Shown: in pieces, positions 61,868 to 64,000 of the stretch
How the letters are laid out: every line of letters starts with the position of its first letter
Numbering within the stretch: position 1 is the stretch's first letter
Assembly: GCA_963814375.1 (NCBI GenBank)
Contig: CAWFCQ010000005.1
Location: 64,001 to 128,000 of the forward strand
Reading direction: 5' to 3'
Length of the DNA stretch: 64,000 nt
Source of the DNA: an uncultured Chloroflexia bacterium
GTDB lineage: Bacteria; Chloroflexota; Limnocylindria; QHBO01
Position numbers and translations under genes: made by a program
Notes under the pieces: model-generated
What the model saw: only the letters and a program-made list of their open reading frames with translations
Told to the model about the DNA's origin: nothing
Databases searched by the model: none

Positions 61868-62623
61868 TCAGCTCCCCATCACGATGCCGCCGTCGACGCC
61901 GAGCACCTGTCCCGTGACGTAGCGTGCCTCGTCGGAGGCGAAATAGACGGCGGCGCCGGCTACGTCGTCGACGGTGCCAACGTATCCGAGGGGAGTCGCC
62001 GATGTGAGCGCCTCGGTCGCGGCAGCCGGAAGGTCGGCCGTCAGATCGGTCTCGATCAGGCCGGGCGCGATGGCATTGCAGGTGATGCCGCGGCTGGCCA
62101 GCTCGCGCGCCGTGGTCTTCGTCAGGCCGATCAGCCCGGCCTTGGCGGCGGCGTAGTTGGCCTGTCCGGGATTCCCCATCCGGCCGGCGGCGCTGCTCAT
62201 GTTGATGATGCGACCGGAGCGCGCCTTCATCATCGGCCGGGCGATGGCGCGCGTCATCCAGAACGGTCCACCCAGGTTGGTGTCGATCACCGCGTCCCAC
62301 TCCTCGGCGTCCATCCGCATCAGGAGGTTGTCGCGCGTGATACCGGCGTTGTTGACGAGGATGTCGACCGAGCCGAGTCCGTCGATCGCGGCCTTCACGA
62401 TCGCCTCGCAGGCCTCACGCCCCGCGCTCGTGTCGCCCTGGACGGTGACTGACCGACGGCCCAGCGATCCGATCGCACTGGCGACCTCGTCGGCTGCCTC
62501 GACATTGCCGCGGTAGTTGATGGCCACGTCGGCACCCTGCCCGGCGAGCGCGATCGCGATTGCGCGGCCGAGCCCGCGGCTTCCGCCGGTGACGAGCGCG
62601 GTCTTGCCGGTGAGATCGAACAT
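61868..62623 (-). CDS. fabG: 3-oxoacyl-ACP reductase
   Basis: TGGSRGLG, NNAGITRD, GNPGQANYAAAK. Confidence 0.93.
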   Translation of the reverse strand: MFDLTGKTALVTGGSRGLGRAIAIALAGQGADVAINYRGNVEAADEVASAIGSLGRRSVTVQGDTSAGREACEAIVKAAIDGLGSVDILVNNAGITRDNLLMRMDAEEWDAVIDTNLGGPFWMTRAIARPMMKARSGRIINMSSAAGRMGNPGQANYAAAKAGLIGLTKTTARELASRGITCNAIAPGLIETDLTADLPAAATEALTSATPLGYVGTVDDVAGAAVYFASDEARYVTGQVLGVDGGIVMGS

Positions 62624-63699
62624 CAGATGCCGACCCCGGCCAGCTCCCCAGCACCTCGTTGGGGCTGGCCCATCCGCGTCTGCGAGCCGGGCGCCAGGAA
62701 GGCGCGCGCGGGATCGGCCGTCCATTCGACCACCGCTGCCCCCGCCGTGTAGCCGGCGCCGAAGGCCGCCATCAGGAGGCGGTCGCCCTGCTTGATGCGA
62801 CCCTCGGCGATGGCCTCGACGAGCGCCATCGGCACCGATGCCGCCGAGGTGTTGCCGTAGCGCGCGATGTTGAGGTACGTCTTGTCGCCCGGGATGCCCA
62901 CCGCGTTCTGCACGCTCTCGATGATCCGCAGGTTCGCCTGGTGGAAGAGAAACTGGTCGACGTCGTCGACGGCCAGGCCGGCGTCCGACAGCGCCGAGCG
63001 GGCCGACTCCGCGAGCTGGCGCGTCGCGTACTTGTAGACCTCCTTGCCGGCCATGTGCACGAAGTGGCCGCCCTCGGCGATCGTCTTCGCCGTCGTCGGG
63101 CACGCGGAGCCTCCGGCCGGGAAGATGATCCCCTCCTTCCCGCTGCCGTCGCTGTACATGTCGAGGCCCATCAAGCCGCCGGGCTGATCCGATGCGGACA
63201 CGATGACCGCACCCGCCCCATCGCCGAACAGCACGCAGGTGTTGCGGTCGGTGTAGTCCAGGAACCGGCTCAGCAGCTCGACCCCGATGACCAGCACGTT
63301 GCGGTACATGCCGCTGCGCACGTAGGCGGTGGCGGTCGCGAGCGAGAAGACGAAGCCGGAGCAGGCGGCCATCAGGTCGAAGCCGGCAGCGCGGGTCGCG
63401 CCGAGCTCGTGGCCCACGAGCACCGCCGTGGCGGGCATGTAGTAGTCGGGCGAGCAGGTGCCGACGATGACGAGGTCGAGCTCGGTCGGCGTCATTCCGG
63501 CCACCGCCAGCGCGTCGCGCGCGGCGTGAACGCTCAGGGTGGTCGTCGTCTCGTCGTCGGCCGCGATGCGACGCTCGCGGATGCCGGTCCGGCTGACAAT
63601 CCACTCGTCGCTGGTGTCGACCAGCCTGGTGAGATCCTCGTTCGTCATCACCCGAGCCGGTGCGTACATTCCCCAGCCGGTAATCAGGGCGTTCGTCAT
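62623..63699 (-). CDS. fabH: 3-oxoacyl-ACP synthase III
   Basis: DTSDEWI..RTGI, AACSGF, FGDGAGA, HQAN, GNTSAAS. Confidence 0.95.
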   Translation of the reverse strand: MTNALITGWGMYAPARVMTNEDLTRLVDTSDEWIVSRTGIRERRIAADDETTTTLSVHAARDALAVAGMTPTELDLVIVGTCSPDYYMPATAVLVGHELGATRAAGFDLMAACSGFVFSLATATAYVRSGMYRNVLVIGVELLSRFLDYTDRNTCVLFGDGAGAVIVSASDQPGGLMGLDMYSDGSGKEGIIFPAGGSACPTTAKTIAEGGHFVHMAGKEVYKYATRQLAESARSALSDAGLAVDDVDQFLFHQANLRIIESVQNAVGIPGDKTYLNIARYGNTSAASVPMALVEAIAEGRIKQGDRLLMAAFGAGYTAGAAVVEWTADPARAFLAPGSQTRMGQPQRGAGELAGVGI

Positions 63700-63733
63700 C
63701 GTGGTCGTGCTCCTTCCCGGCGCTCCCGCCGGG

Positions 63734-64000
63734 TCATCGGGGGTCGATCTCCATCAGGGGCTGCTTGCGCTTCACGAGCGTGCCGTTCTCGACCATCACG
63801 CGCGTGATCCGGCCGGATGCATCGGACTTGATCTCGTTGAACAGCTTCATCGCCTCGATCAGCCCGACCACCTGACCAGACGCGATCTCGTCCCCCTCGT
63901 TGACATACGACCGCGCTCCGGGCGAGGGCGCCGGATACCACACGCCGGTGAGCGGAGCGCTCACGAAGCGCATGCCCGGCGCAGGCTCGCCGAACGGTGT
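63734..64000 (-). CDS. accB: Biotin carboxyl carrier protein (5' end outside window)
   Basis: EAMKLFNEI biotinylation motif; frame open to window edge. Confidence 0.88.
   Translation of the reverse strand, partial: TPFGEPAPGMRFVSAPLTGVWYPAPSPGARSYVNEGDEIASGQVVGLIEAMKLFNEIKSDASGRITRVMVENGTLVKRKQPLMEIDPR

Overview
High-GC bacterial chromosomal segment. Gene content and style suggest Chloroflexota, possibly Limnocylindria/Ellin6529-like; this is inference only. It is densely coding (about 67 CDS), and I saw no rRNA, tRNA, CRISPR array, IS or prophage. Mostly housekeeping and metabolic genes: a sugar ABC transporter with a GH38 mannosidase, topoisomerase IB, NAPRTase, glgC, a class A PBP, pepA, a PASTA kinase, two adenosine deaminase-family genes around a BMP nucleoside ABC transporter, mrp, ccsA, yyaL, csoR, polX, deoC/ALDH, an ECF-ogt pair, sodN/sodX and fabH/fabG/accB. 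Many genes between about 29 and 60 kb carry single-base indels that look like long-read errors. Most interesting items: (1) a putative DNA-repair/replication-fork cluster at 45.8-52.1 kb, made of polX, a membrane protein, a TPR + HIRAN-like + acidic-tail protein and a 926-aa degenerate methyltransferase/Zn-ribbon/PD-(D/E)XK protein ending in a beta-clamp-like motif; (2) a CGNR zinc-finger regulator with two GTAAC-N20-GTTAC sites 50 bp apart, overlapping a consensus promoter for two unannotated small proteins; (3) a ParB/Srx-fold + phosphoesterase + ligand-less Rieske-like operon; (4) several apparent pseudoenzymes; (5) pervasive leaderless promoters and a candidate C-loop small RNA.
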